A DNA stretch of 64,000 nt from Hemiscyllium ocellatum. Taxonomy: Eukaryota. Position numbers and translations under genes: made by a program. The notes below the pieces were generated by a model. That model saw only the letters and a list, made by a program, of their open reading frames with translations, was not told where the DNA came from and searched no databases. The stretch's first letter is position 1, and each line of letters starts with the position of its first letter. Location: positions 89,147,857-89,211,856 of the forward strand of contig NC_083407.1 of the NCBI RefSeq assembly GCF_020745735.1, written 5' to 3'. Positions 37,630-50,335 of the stretch are shown here, piece after piece.

Positions 37630-39900
37630 AAACAGGGTGCCACCATTTAAGAAAGGTGGTAAGGAAAGGCCAGTGAAATATAGACTAGTGAGCTTGAGAT
37701 CGATGGTAGGTAAGTTGATGGAAAGGATTCTGAGGGACAGGATTTGCATGTATTTGGATAGGCAAGGATGGATCAAGATAGTTAACACTTCTTTGTGTGT
37801 GGGAAATTGTGGCTCACTAACTTGATTGAGTTTTTTGAAGAAGTGACAAAGAAGATTGTTGAAGACAAAGCAGTGGACAGGTGGTATTCAAGAGGTGGGG
37901 AGGCTGCAGACAGATTTGGAGAATGTTAGGAGCGTGGATAATCAAGTGGCAGATGGAGTACAACGTGGGGAAATACGAAGTCTCGCACTTTGATCAGAAG
38001 AATTGAGGCAGGAATTATTTTCTAAATGAGAAGAAAATTTAAGTCTTAAGTGCAAAGAGGCTTGGGAGTTCTAGTCCAGGATTCTCTCAAGATAAAATTG
38101 CAGGTTGAGTCATTAATTAGGAAAGCAAATGCAATGATGGCATTTATTTTGAGAGGACTTGAATATAAAAGCAGAGATATACTTCTGAACATCTACAAGG
38201 CTCTGCTCAGACCACATTTGGACGATTGTGCTCAGTTTTGGATCCCATACCTCAGGAAGCATGTACGGTCCTGGAGCGTGTTCAGAGGAGGTTCACAAGA
38301 GTGGTCCCAGGAATGAAACACTTAACATATGAGGAATGTTTGAGGACTGTAGATCGATAGTTGAGGAAGTTTAAAAGGATAAGGGGGGAATCTAATTGAA
38401 ACTTACAGAATACTGAATGGCCTGGACAGAGTAGACGTTAGGAAGATGTTTCCATTGGTGTGAGAGACTAGGAGCCAAGGGCATAGCCTTAGAGGAAAGG
38501 GAAGGCCTTATAGAACAGAGATAAGGAGAAATTTCTTCAGCCAGACAATGGTAAATCTATGGAATTCATTGCTGTAGAAGGCTGTGGAGGCCAGGTCATT
38601 GGGTATATTTAAGACTGAGATAGATAGATTTTGAGTATCGAGGGAATCAAGTATTATGGGGAGAAAGCTTGAGAATGGGTTGAGAAACTAATCAGCCATG
38701 ATTGAATGGCAGAGCAGACTCAATGGGCTGAATGACATAATTTCTGCTCCCATGTTTTATGGACATTGTCTATGTGGATTTGCATAAGGCCTTCAAGAAG
38801 ATTCTGCATGGTAGAGTGTTTAGCAAGGATAGATCAAATGGAGTCAGGAGAGTTTGCCATTTGGATACAAAATTGACCTGAAGGTAGGAGACAGAATGCG
38901 GTTGTTGAGATTTGCTTTTTGGACTGGAGGCCTGTCATCAATGGTCAACTGCAAGGTTCAATGCTGGGTCCACTGCTTTTTGTCATGTATATAACTGATT
39001 TGGATGTAAATCTCAGGGATATGGTTAGTAACTTTGCAGCTGACATGACAATTGATGGTATAGTGGACAGCAAAGAAGATAATGTCACAATACAACCATA
39101 ATCAGATTGGCAAATGGGCCAAGGAGTAGCAATTGGAGATTAATTTAGATAAATATGAGGTGCTGCGTTTTAGGATGGCAAATCAGTACAGGACTTACAC
39201 GCTTCATGTTAAGGTCCTGAGGAGTGTTGCTGAACAAAGAGACTTCAGAGTCCAGGTTCATATTTTGTTGAAAGTTGATTTGCAGATGAACAGGATAGTG
39301 AAGAAGGCGTTTGTTACACTTGCCTTTATTGCTCAGTGTATTGAGTAAATGAGTTGGGTGGTTATACTGCGATTGTGCAGGACGTTGGTTAGGCCACATT
39401 TGGAATATGCCATTCAATTCTGGTCTCCCTGCCATAGTAAAGATGTGTGAAACTTGAAAGGGTTCAGAGAAGATTTACAAAGATGTAGCCAGGGTTGGAA
39501 GATTTCAGCGATAAAGAGAGGCTGAATCAACTGGGGCTATATTTCGTGGAGTGTCAGAGGCTGAGGGGCCACCTTATAGAGGTTTATAAAATGATGAGGG
39601 GCTTGGATAGGGTGAACAGTCAAGATTGTTTCCCCAGAATAGAGGAGACCAAAACTAAAGGACATAGTTTAAATTGAAGGGGAAAATTAAAAGGGGACCC
39701 GAGGGGCATTTTTTTCATATAGGCAGTGTGCGTATATGGAATGAACTGCAAGAGGAGATGGTGGAGACTAGTACAATATTTAAAAAGCATCTGGATAGAA
39801 AAATGAATAGGAAAGGTTTAGAGGGATATAAGCCAAATGCTGGCAAATGGGATGAGATTAGTTTAGAATATCTGGTTGGCATGGACAAGTTTAACCTAAG
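37630..39900 (+). mobile_element. CR1 RT fragment (37630-37880 and 38760-39900) split by a second CR1-subfamily 3' end (37880-38760)
   Basis: YRLVSLRSMVGKLMERILRDRI, QGSMLGPLLFVMYITDLD, LLRPHLDDCAQFWIP. The 'gcagtggac' at 37871 resumes as 'ggacattgtctatgtggattt' at 38761. Confidence 0.85.
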
Positions 39901-40335
39901 TGTAGCAGCCTCCTGTATAAAAACAGGGCTCATCTACACAGCTTTCTCTTGGAACCGCTCTTGAAGTCATCTGAAGCTTTCTGAGGAGACCAGCATAGTA
40001 AGAGGCAGAGACCAGCTGGCGAACCATAGAAAGGGAGAGGGCAAAAGCAGCTTCACAGACCCAGAGGTAGGACCATAGAGAAAGCAACTGCATCAATTTA
40101 TAAGAGACTTGGAAAGTATTGTATTCTTAAGAGACCAAATAAGATTGTGGATAATATGTTTAGCATTAAAGATTATTGTAATTATGTTTCTAATAAAGTA
40201 GGAGTGTTTTGATTTGGTATCAGCTTGCGTCATATCGATTTGACCATTTTGGTATTGTAGGTCCACCTGGTCAAATTCAGTCCTAATAATCTGGTCGGAT
40301 TTATCTGTAACTCATTTAAATGGAACCAGACAACA
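39901..40335 (+). mobile_element. Probable solo LTR inserted in a CR1 3' UTR
   Basis: Starts TGTAG and ends CAACA; TATAAAA near 39916; AATAAA near 40192; the CR1 tail resumes at about 40336. Confidence 0.5.
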
Positions 40336-40389
40336 GAAAGGTCTGTTTTCACGGTGTCCATCTCTCTGACTCAAGGACTCTAATAGTTT

Positions 40390-42422
40390 TCAGGAAGTGA
40401 GGAAACAGCTCCCACCCTCTAAGATTTTGGCACAATATGATCCCAAATGAGATCTGGGATTAACATGCAATGCTCTCCCTCGTAGAGCTGAGGGGTTACA
40501 TTAGCTCAGAGATGGCGCAATGGAGAGGGACACTCAATGCATCCAAGACTTTGGCTAATGTGCCCAGATAGTGTAGAAAGGATTGGCAGTCATATTTGGA
40601 GTCAGGAAAAGTTCCAACATTACTTTATGAAAATTTGAAACAATAACAGACATCAAAACCCTGCTAAGTCTACTTAAAGAGGGCAAGGCAGTGCCATCCA
40701 TAGCTTCAGGCAAAATTCATCAGTTGACTCTAAGATTAACTGTGTATAATTACAAGTTAGAACACTGTCTGGGAGGTCAAGTAGCAAACATGGATGCACT
40801 GAACTGCCACCCACTGGCAGATAAAAAACACATGGTACCACCACTGGAGGAGTCCATAATGATGTTAAATTTTCTGGACACGTTTCCAATCACAGCTGAC
40901 AATGTCAGACATTGGACACAGAAAGATCTGCTTCTGACATATTAGAAATAGCTGGTGGTGATGCGAGAATCACTGTATACAAGATAGACAAGATCACTGT
41001 ATATTCTTGTGGAAAGCAAGAGTGATTACCTTGAGCAAAGGTCACCATGAGATACTGGCTGAATACGATACTGGTCATTCAAGGGGTTTCCAAAATGAAG
41101 ATATTGGTGAGAAATTATGCCAGGTGCCAAGATTTGGATACAGACAGAGCCGTGTTGGTGGGGCAGAACCCAGAGTGCCACCACGGACAAAAATTACCAC
41201 CAGCAGCTCTGCCACATTGTTGGGAATGGATGCAGTTAGACGTAAATTATGTTGGTGCATTCATGGATCAACGTTCTTAGTAATTGTGGGTGGCCGCTCA
41301 AAATAGCCGGACATGCATAGTGTTCATGCATAAAACACAGTGACAACAATACAAAAATTGCACACATACTTATTTGCCAACAAGAAATTTGAGAATTTGC
41401 TAAAGTCGAATGGGATTCATCATTTAAGGACAGCTTCATACCATCCATCATCCAATAGTCAGGCCAAAAGAACAAACTTTAAAGGTAGGCTTAAAGAAAC
41501 AGCATACTGCTTCATGAGATACAAAACTGCTCCAGTTTCTATTTGATTATAAGACTACCCCTCATGCAACTACAAGAATAACTTCAATAGAGTTGCTAAT
41601 GGGGAGAAGACTCCACATCAAGTCAAACCTGATCTTCCTGGACCTGGGAGGCAAGGTGAAATGGCAGCAGAAACGCCAATGATGAAAACAAGACTCCACT
41701 AAGTGACAGATAATTTACTTTAGGGGATGAAGATTGGTGTAGGAAACACAAGAATGACCCGGCATGAGTAAGAGATGGTCGACGCGAGATCAGAAGCAGT
41801 TACATGCAAAGTTCAGGTCAGCGCATGGTCCTGAACATAAGTGAACCATATGAAAGCTGCAAACTTGCAAATGGTGCAGGAACAAAGCATGACCAGCTCC
41901 TCGACAGCCTTTCCGACTGTTTTGCAACCCATGGCTTTTCCTTCTTCCTCAGGTGTTGAAGACAGCTCAGAATCTGAGATGGATACGGTGGATATTGCCA
42001 CCTCATCACCTTTGCTGTCTGAAGCAGAGAAATAATTTCTTCTGAGATGCTTGACGAGCTACAGTGCATTACACAGCGTATGTATCAGCAGCAGGGTTGG
42101 AGGAAGCTGACCCACTGGTAAAACACCTCAGGAGAAACTATGAAATTAAGAACTGGCCGATATCCTCAGACTCAGAGGGAGAGGGCTGTAGTGATTGTAA
42201 CAAAGTCAGCCAGGTGACCGTCATTGAATGTGAGTTCCCTGATTGAGGCTGCTAATCTGGTCCAACCAGGGAGCCCTGGCTGACAGATATAAACAGGGGT
42301 ACCAAAGGTTCAGTTCACTCTAAGAGCTGGCTCTGAAGGAGCTGGATCAGTGTCAAGGACTCTCCATGTGTAAACAAAGGGTGATTTGGTGATTGGATAC
42401 CAACCTCTGTGGAGGTATTACA
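40390..42422 (+). mobile_element. Decayed Gypsy LTR retrotransposon 3' half (RNase H, integrase, PPT, LTR 42187-42422)
   Basis: QGVSKMKILVRNYARC...PECH, GIHHLRTASYHPSSNSQAKR; PPT gagggagaggg; LTR TGTA...TACA. Confidence 0.85.
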
Positions 42423-42839
42423 TCTAGAACAGAAACATTGGAGCTGCTAGATCCCATACTTTGCAAAATGCCTTCAGCCTCAAATTGGAAATAATCATTA
42501 TTGAGGCAGGTCCAGCCTGGGTCTTGAACAGTTTCTCTCTTATTGACTGCAGAAACTCCAAAAACATCAGCAGTCGATGGTACTGGTAGGCTATTCACAA
42601 TGCTTCCTACTTGACTGTGGCATTTCCTAATTTTCTAATTGCTAACTTTAAAGTTGATCCTGTCACTGAGACACTGGTAAAATACTCTCCATGAAGCCAC
42701 CAGATACCAGCACTATTTTTAACCAATTGAACGAGGTCCCACTAATTAATGAACTGCAGAAGAAGACTGTGTAGCAGAGAATATGTAATTACGTTGACAA
42801 ATATTTTAACAAAATAACGTCACATGTTACAGACTCAGA

Positions 42840-43835
42840 CTAAAAGTCCCTCATTCGCCTGAAAGACCCGATAGTTGAGCTGTAGCCTCCCCAGTCACTG
42901 TATCTCCTGTATTCACCGGGTCTCAGGAAGTACTGTCGCCCTCCGTAGTTGGGACGTTCATAGAAGATCCAGTAACCGTCCATCACATGGCAGGAGTGGA
43001 TGTCACGGTAACGGAAACGATCGTAGATAGATGTACAGTCATCCATGAATTCTATCATCTGTCCTCCAAAGTCAGGCCTCTCGTAAATCCTCATTCTGTA
43101 GGAGCCTCCTCGGTCCTGGAATGGACAGAAATAAAAGATTTGTGATGCAACTAAAACTATACCTACAATCGATATAGGTGGGACTGGTGTGATATTTCGT
43201 GCATACAGACAGAATTATCAGTAAAAATCTTAATGTATTTCTGGTTGCTCTTGTAGGTAGATTTTTTTTCAAACGGGACCAGCTTTCCCTTTTCTGTAAC
43301 CTTTGCAATATTTACAGTTAACTGAATGGGATGAATACAAATATCCCCATCGATAATTTGTACTGAGTCACATTTTAGACAATTTGACCTCGTAACATTC
43401 TGCATTGTCAATATACAAATATGTCTTTCAGTTCAGAATATCTGATCTGTTATTCGTAAATGTTTCATTTATAACCCAGATGATCATCAGTTTTGCAACA
43501 AGTCAGTATATGCCGCATAACGATCTTCCCAGCTTGCACAACTATTTCGGAACTACCCATAAAACAAGCGATGTTACAAAGTGACAAGGGCAGTTGTTAC
43601 CTTTTGGCAGCAACAAAAATGCAACTTAGTGGATTGGGAATTGAATTTACACGGATGATTGTCCAATACCTATTACCGTTTCAAAGAAAATTGATGTCAA
43701 ACCTGCGAAAGTAAACATCTCCTTTACACCTTATTCAGACAAACCCAAATGTTGAGTGCATTAATCATTATCTCAGTTTGATCAGAAAATATAAACCACC
43801 AGAAATAACTTATGTATGGTAAATGCGACATAACC
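42840..43835 (-). pseudogene. cryg: Truncated gamma-crystallin copy 5: intact exon 3 (42840..43115), intron 2, and about 22 bp of the exon 2 3' end
   Basis: Exon 3 [18 protein letters not shown]...RRMRDF* is open with an AG acceptor. The exon 2 remnant (43814-43835) has a 1-bp deletion and its donor is mutated GT>AT; Penelope sequence follows. No exon 1 or rest of exon 2 was seen. The AATAAA is degraded (about 42785). Confidence 0.9.
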
Positions 43836-45075
43836 TTTAAACAAATCATTGTTTGCAGCAAACTGCCCAGCCTTCAGGACAACATGGACCACAGCTGTGC
43901 AACCACTACCAGATGTGTCAGAGTTTCAACACGGATAAAACCATTACACGTGGGGACACCACACAACGTGTACACAGCTGGCACTCATGTGATTTGGCCA
44001 ACGTTGTCTATCTCATATACTGCAGGCAAGGATGCCCTGAGGCATGGTACATTGATGAGACCAAGCAGATGCTATGACAACGGATGAATGGACATCGCAT
44101 GACAGTCTCCAGATGGGGGTGTTCCCTGCCAGTTAGGGAATACTTCAGCAGTCAGTGACATTCTGCTTTGGGTCTTCAGGTGAACATCCTCTGAGGCGGA
44201 CTTTGGGGCAGGTAACAACACAAAGTGGAGAGCAGAGGCTGATAGCCAAGTTCGGTACCCATGGGGATGGCCTCAACCGGGACCTAGGGTTCATGTCACA
44301 CTACAGGTGACCCCACTACAGATCTGTCTGTCCCTCTCTCTCTTTCACACACGCACACTCTTACACACTCACACATTCACAAGACCTTCTCTCATACACG
44401 CACACCCCACACTGACTCTCACACAAACATCCTCTCACAGGCTTATGCCCCATTACACTCACACACACACTTTATGAAGCTTTCACACACGCAAACACGC
44501 ACTCTCTCACGTGCACTCACACTCACATGTGTACACTCACATGCACACACTCATTCTCTCTCTCTCATGCTTGCACACACACACATATATGTCTATGGGG
44601 TGAATTTGCATTTGCAGAATTATATTTGTAGATGTATTCTATTTTGCTCAAAAAATGAACAATCTGCGGGCAGTCGATACATGTAATATTATGTAAATTC
44701 CACTTTGGGAATAGAATCAGTTTAAGTCAAGACTGGGATACAGATAGTCTCTAACCTCACATCTTTAATGCATTGTCTGAGTTGAGATGTCACATTTTGT
44801 AATAAAACTTTAAATTGTCTTGAGAAGGTGACTTAAAAGAAATCCTGGGATTTAAATATTAATGAACCAAAACCTGCAACCCATTCTAAAAGAAGAAAGA
44901 CTTAACAATCCAGATTTGTTCAATATATTACTGTATGATACTGTAATCTTTTGTTATAAATTCTGTGACTTATGATCTTATACTCCACAACACCTGATGA
45001 AGGAACAGTATTCTGAAAGTTAGTGCTGACAAGTAACCCTGTTGGACTATAATCTGGTGTTGTGTGATTTTTAAC
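43836..45075 (+). mobile_element. Penelope-like element (GIY-YIG endonuclease remnant, CA tract, terminal repeat with hammerhead-like motif at 44991-45025)
   Basis: HSCDLANVVYLIYCRQGCPEAWYIDETKQML*QRMNGHR is a GIY-YIG signature. Confidence 0.88.
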
Positions 45076-45670
45076 TAGGTTTAAGGTGAGAGGGGAAATA
45101 TTTAAAAGGGACCAATGGGGCAATATATCCATGCAGAGGGTGGTGTGTGTATGGAACAGATGAGGAGATGGAGGCTGATACAATAACAACATTTGAAATA
45201 CATTTGGAAGGGTATATGAAAGGGAAGCATTTAGCAGGATGTTGGCCAAATGTTGGCAAATGAGGTTAGAAGAATGTAAATATCTGGTCAGCACAGATGA
45301 GTTGGATCAATGGGTCTGTTTCATTGCTGTACATTCCTATGACTTTATGACTGTAACATCCTATCATCCTGTAAGGAGTTGGCACGAAATGATCACAAGC
45401 AAGATCTGGGATTGACATGCAATGCCTTCCCAGACAACATTAGGATAGCATTATCTTAGTAGCATTTGTGTCCCCATCAAGAAGAAGCCCCAATAATGTA
45501 TAAGTCATAGAGTCATACAGCACAGAAACACACCCTTTAGGCAAACCAGTCCATGCTAACCATAACCCCAAACTCAACTTGTCCCACCTGCCCACACTTG
45601 GCCCATACCCCTCCAAGTATTTCTTAATCATGTACTTATCCAAATATTTTTTCAACATTGTAACTGTAAC
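45075..45670. mobile_element. CR1 3' end (+), short Gypsy RNase H piece (about 45360-45450), CR1 3' end (-)
   Basis: 45360-45440 aligns with 40415-40480 and 56180-56250. Confidence 0.65.
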
Positions 45671-47309
45671 TGTATAGAGGGCTAGGCTAATGCTTATTGC
45701 ACATCGTGCATTACCCAGAGGTCAGTTGAGAAGCAATCGCATTGTTGTGGGTCTGAAGTCTCATATCATCCAGACTAGGTAAGGATGGCAGTTTCTTTCC
45801 CCAAAGGACGTTACTGAACCAGATGGGCTTTTCCCCTGACAACTGACAATGGCTTCATGGTCATCATGAGACTCTTTAATTCCACCTTCTGCCATGGCAG
45901 GATTCAAACCTAAGTCCCCAGATCATTGTTTAAGTCAAATAGTCATTGGATCATAGAGATGTACAGCATGGAAATAAACCCTTCGGTCCAACTCGTCCTT
46001 GCTCAGATATCCTAACCTAATCTAGTCCCATTTACCAGCACTTGGTCCACATCCCTCTAAAACATTCCCATTCATATACCCATCCAGTTACCTTTTAAAT
46101 TTGGTAATTGTACCAGCCTCCACCACTTCCTCTGGCAGCTCATTCTATACATGCACCACCCTCACTGTGAAAATGTTGTTCCTTATGTCGTCCCATTTCC
46201 CCCCTCCGTTGAAGCAAAATGCTCAGAGACTCAGTGTAGTTTTACCTCTTTCATCTTTATTCCAGGCCCTGGAGGGAGAGAGAACAATCTCCCATGTACA
46301 TAGGGACATGAGTTCATGGTCTTCTCTGGAATATCAGTTTTTCAATTAACTATATCGTCATTTTACAGGGAGGAGCATCCAGATAAGACAACATACATAT
46401 TGATTGGGTGATGGTTACAATCAGCGAGCATCAACAGTAGAGATTAAACCATCTGCTGTTACACAATGAATGTTCTTGAAGCTGTTAACTGGCTTCACAT
46501 AATGAATACTTTTCCCCTTGTTAAGTGGTGTTGCATACTGAATGCTTCAGATATTGTTAAATGGCTCTATACAGTGAATGCTTTTTCACCTTGTTAACCC
46601 ATTACCCTTGCCTGCAGCATCCCATTGTTAACTGTAAATTCTTATCTAATCTGAGTCATGCTCAGCTGAATCTCTTGTTTCACAAAACTCAGAACTTAAC
46701 TCTTTCCCTGCCTATGCACATTCTCATTCCCTCCTTTTATCATTTTATGATAACCAATGGCATTACCAGCTTTCATAACACTCTGACAGCCTGTATTTAA
46801 GCAAGTTTTTGACACACATCATACAATGAATATAACAACAAAAATTACCATCTGTTACAATAAATAGAATTTGAAGAATTCTCCCATGTGGAAAAAGGTC
46901 ACTAGTAAAGCTCTTAAATCCACAGTCCTTAGTGCCAACTCCATGCCCTCCAAGTCGCGTGGAAACGAGCCAGTTCTTCAAAATTCTCCTTCAGTAAAGT
47001 CCAACCTGAAAACAAAATCCATTCTGTCCTTGCATACTACTCCATGGAGAATCTGAATTCTTGGATAAGGGCAGTTAAATACAACACAAGACTGACAAGA
47101 CTTCTATCCTTCAAAAGATACTTCAGATGGAGGATACCAGTACATCTGAGTGTGCAGTGCAGCAGCTGCAGCAGCAGGCTAGGTGAAGCCCGCTGTGCTG
47201 TTAAATGTAACAAAGCCAACTGGCTGTTGTGAAGTTTGTGTGATTAGTGAACCTTCATATCCCTTAAATGATCAGAAGACAAGGTTAATCTCAAATGGTT
47301 TGATGTCTA

Positions 47310-47618
47310 TAGATTAGATTAGACTTACAGTGTGGAAACAGGCCCTTCGGCCCAACAAGTCCACACCGACCCGCCGAAGCGCAACCCACCCATACCCCTA
47401 CATTTATCCCTTACCTAACACTACGGGCAATTTAGCTTGGCCAATTCACCTGACCCGCACATCTTTGGACTGTGGGAGGAAACCGGAGCACCCGGAGGAA
47501 ACCCACGCAGACACGGGGAGAACGTGCAAACTCCACACAGTCAGTCGCCTGAGTCGGGAATTGAACCCGGGTCTACAGGCGCTGTGAGGCAGCAGTGCTA
47601 ACCACTGTGCCACCGTGC
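47310..47618 (-). mobile_element. HE1/V-SINE, near full length
   Basis: tRNA-like head (A box TGGCACAGTGG, B box GGTTCAATTCC), V-domain, (aatct)n tail; possible TSD ctatag. Confidence 0.92.
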
Positions 47619-48284
47619 GCTATAGGAAGGCCACTGACAAAAAACATACCTCTTCATTGTTGTTATTTTCTTAACTTTTTGTGTTCATTTGGGGAGCTGA
47701 TTGAATCCATTAGATCAGGTTGTGGAGGGGTGGGTGGTGGTCCGAAGGTGTGCTTTACCATGAATAGAGAAACTCTCGAGAAGATGTTAGCTGCTGAAAG
47801 TATATCTGCGTTTCCTCTCATTCCTTCCTAGCCAAGGTAGTTATCAGTATGAAGACAATCTTACGTTTAACTACACTAATTTGTGTCTGCTATTTCAACA
47901 TCCTTTGAATGCTTGAAGTCTGTTACTCTGTTCATTATTTATTCCATTATCAAGTTTTATACAATCAAGAAACTTCTAAATTGGACTGCCTAAACAAGTT
48001 AGTCAATTATAAACAATAATCAATGGTCCTAAAATCAAATCCTCGGTGCCTCCATCCAGATTACTCAAAAATTATTTTCTTTTAGTAAATTGATACTTGG
48101 CTAATGTGAAAACTATCAGGAAAAGTATTTCAAAAATCTGGAAAACAACAAAATGTTTCCTGTGCTTTAGCAATTGAAGAGGCAGATATTTGTGGGAAAC
48201 AATTGCTGAATATATTAAAATATTTTCTCTAAATGAAACTTCCCAAATAAAACAATCAGAATTACATTGGCAACTGTGGTAGAC

Positions 48285-49250
48285 ATGATTTGGAAATGCC
48301 GGTGTTTAACTGGAGTGAACAAAGTCAAAAATCACAACACCAGGTTATAGTCCAAGAGGTTTATAGAGTCATAGAGATGTACAGCATGGAAACAGACCCT
48401 ACAGTCCAACCTGTCCATGCCGACCCAATCTAGTCCCACCTGCCAGCACCCAGTCCATATCCCTCCAAACCCTTCCTGTTCATATGCTCATCCAAATGCC
48501 TCTTAAATGTTGCAATTGTACCAGCCTCCATCACATCCTCTGGCAGCTCATTCCATACACGTACCACCCTCTACATGAAAAGGTTGCCCCTTAGGTCTCT
48601 TTTATATCTTTCCCCTCTCACCCTAAACCCATGCCCTCTAGTTCTGGACTCCCCGACCCCAGAAAAAGACTTTTGTCTATTTATCCTATCCATGCCCCTC
48701 AAAATTTTGTAGACCTCTATAAGGTCACCCCTCAGCCTCCAATGTTCCAGGGAAAATAGCCCCAGCCTGTTCAGCCTCTCCCTAGAGCTCAAATATTCCA
48801 ACCCTGGCAACATCCTTGTAAATCTTTTCTGAACCCTTTCAAGTTTCACAACATCTTTCCGATAGGAAGGAGACCAGAATTGCACGAAATATTCCATGTC
48901 CTGTACAGCCGCAACATAACCTCCCAACTCCTGTACTCAATACTCTTACCAATAAAGGAAAGCATACCAAACGCCTTCTTCACTATCCTATCTACCTGCG
49001 ACTCCACTTTCAAGGAATTATGAATTTGCACTCCAAGGTCTCTTTGTTCAGCAACACTCCCTAGGACCTTACCATTAAGTGTATAAGTCCTGTTAAGATT
49101 TGCTTTCCCAAAATGCAGCACCTCACATTTATCTGAATTAAACTCCATCTGCCAGATCAATCACCTGATGAAGGAGCAGTGTTCCAAAAGCTAGTGCTTC
49201 CAAGTAAACCTGCTGGACTATAACCTGGTGTCGTGTGATTTTTAACTTTG
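48285..49250. mobile_element. Penelope-like inverted terminal repeat split by a CR1 3' fragment (48365-49155, minus)
   Basis: Arms at 48285-48364 and 49160-49250 (degenerate hammerhead at 49162-49196, GAAA>AAAA); CR1 ORF YFVQFWSPSYRKDVVKLERVQKRFTRMLPG. Confidence 0.85.
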
Positions 49251-49744
49251 GTAGAAATCAACATTCTTTGAATTTGTAATATGAAAAGGGCCAATGAAGT
49301 CTTAACAATAATTAACAGAATTTAAACAGCTCAGCCTCAAGTTCTGACATTCTCTAAAATCCAAATGAAACATCACACTCAAAATGCACTCTCTTTTTCT
49401 GAACACTCTGCATTAAAAACACAGCAGCAAAGATATTTTAACATAATACTCTCCTCTGGCTAAAGAATGACCACTGACCCAGCTCTTCTTTTTTAAACAG
49501 GCATTATATAATTTCAGGACACTCAATCAATTTATTTTAAGGTTACAAGTTTGATAACTTAAAAGGACATAATGATGTAAAATTTTAATGTAAGAACAAA
49601 ATCTGCCCTATTACACAGCCGGAAAAACACATTGAATTGAGATCCTGATTCGAACAAGATAAAACAGTTACTTAAAAGGATTTTCTGAACCAGTATTTTA
49701 ACAAAATAAAATTTTGAAACATCAAACACATCAAGTTTCACCAC

Positions 49745-50335
49745 TTCGGGACTTTAACCCCTTTCTTACTTTATTCCTCATGAAGACTCGAACCCCATTC
49801 AAACACAAAGAACCCAAATGCCACTTAAACACAGAAAACTTAAACCCCAATTAAACACAGAAAACTCAAACCCCAACTAAACACAGAGCGCTTAAACCTC
49901 ACTTAAACACAGAAACCTCAAACCTAGTTTAAACACAGAGAGCTAAAAGATCACTTAAACACAGAAAGCTCAAACCTCAGTGAAGTGCGGAGGATTTGAA
50001 CCTTAAATTAACGCACCCAGTAGACTCAAACCATAGTAACGCGCAGAGGACTGAAACCTGAATCGCACCCACCCAGGGGGCATTAACCCCAGTACCGTGC
50101 AGAGGACTCGAACCTCAATTACACCCACCCCAGGGGATTCAAACCCCAGTACCGCACAGAGGACTTGAACTTCAATCACACCCACCCCAGGGGACTCTAA
50201 CCCAGTACCACACAGAGGATTTGAACCTCAAATACACCCACCCCAGGGGACTCGAACCCCAGTACCGCACAGAGGACTCGAACCTCAATCATACCCCCTC
50301 CCCCAAATGCAACACAGAAGACTCGAACCTCTGCC
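49745..50335 (-). repeat. Tandem repeat array in the LTR-element leader: ~26-bp units, then ~57-bp dimeric units carrying GGTTCGAGTCC hairpins
   Basis: ggactcgaacc is perfect at 50104-50114, 50248-50258 and 50274-50284, with about ten variants from 49749 to 50329. Confidence 0.9.

Noticed and set aside
46763-46981. env transmembrane remnant before the PPT
   Set aside because: The position and a hydrophobic/Cys patch are suggestive, but no furin site, immunosuppressive domain or CX6CC motif is visible; unsupported without an HMM search.
49745-50335. CRISPR array or tRNA gene cluster
   Set aside because: Spacers are repeated, not unique; the context is eukaryotic with no cas genes; there are no A boxes, D arms, anticodon arms or acceptor stems.
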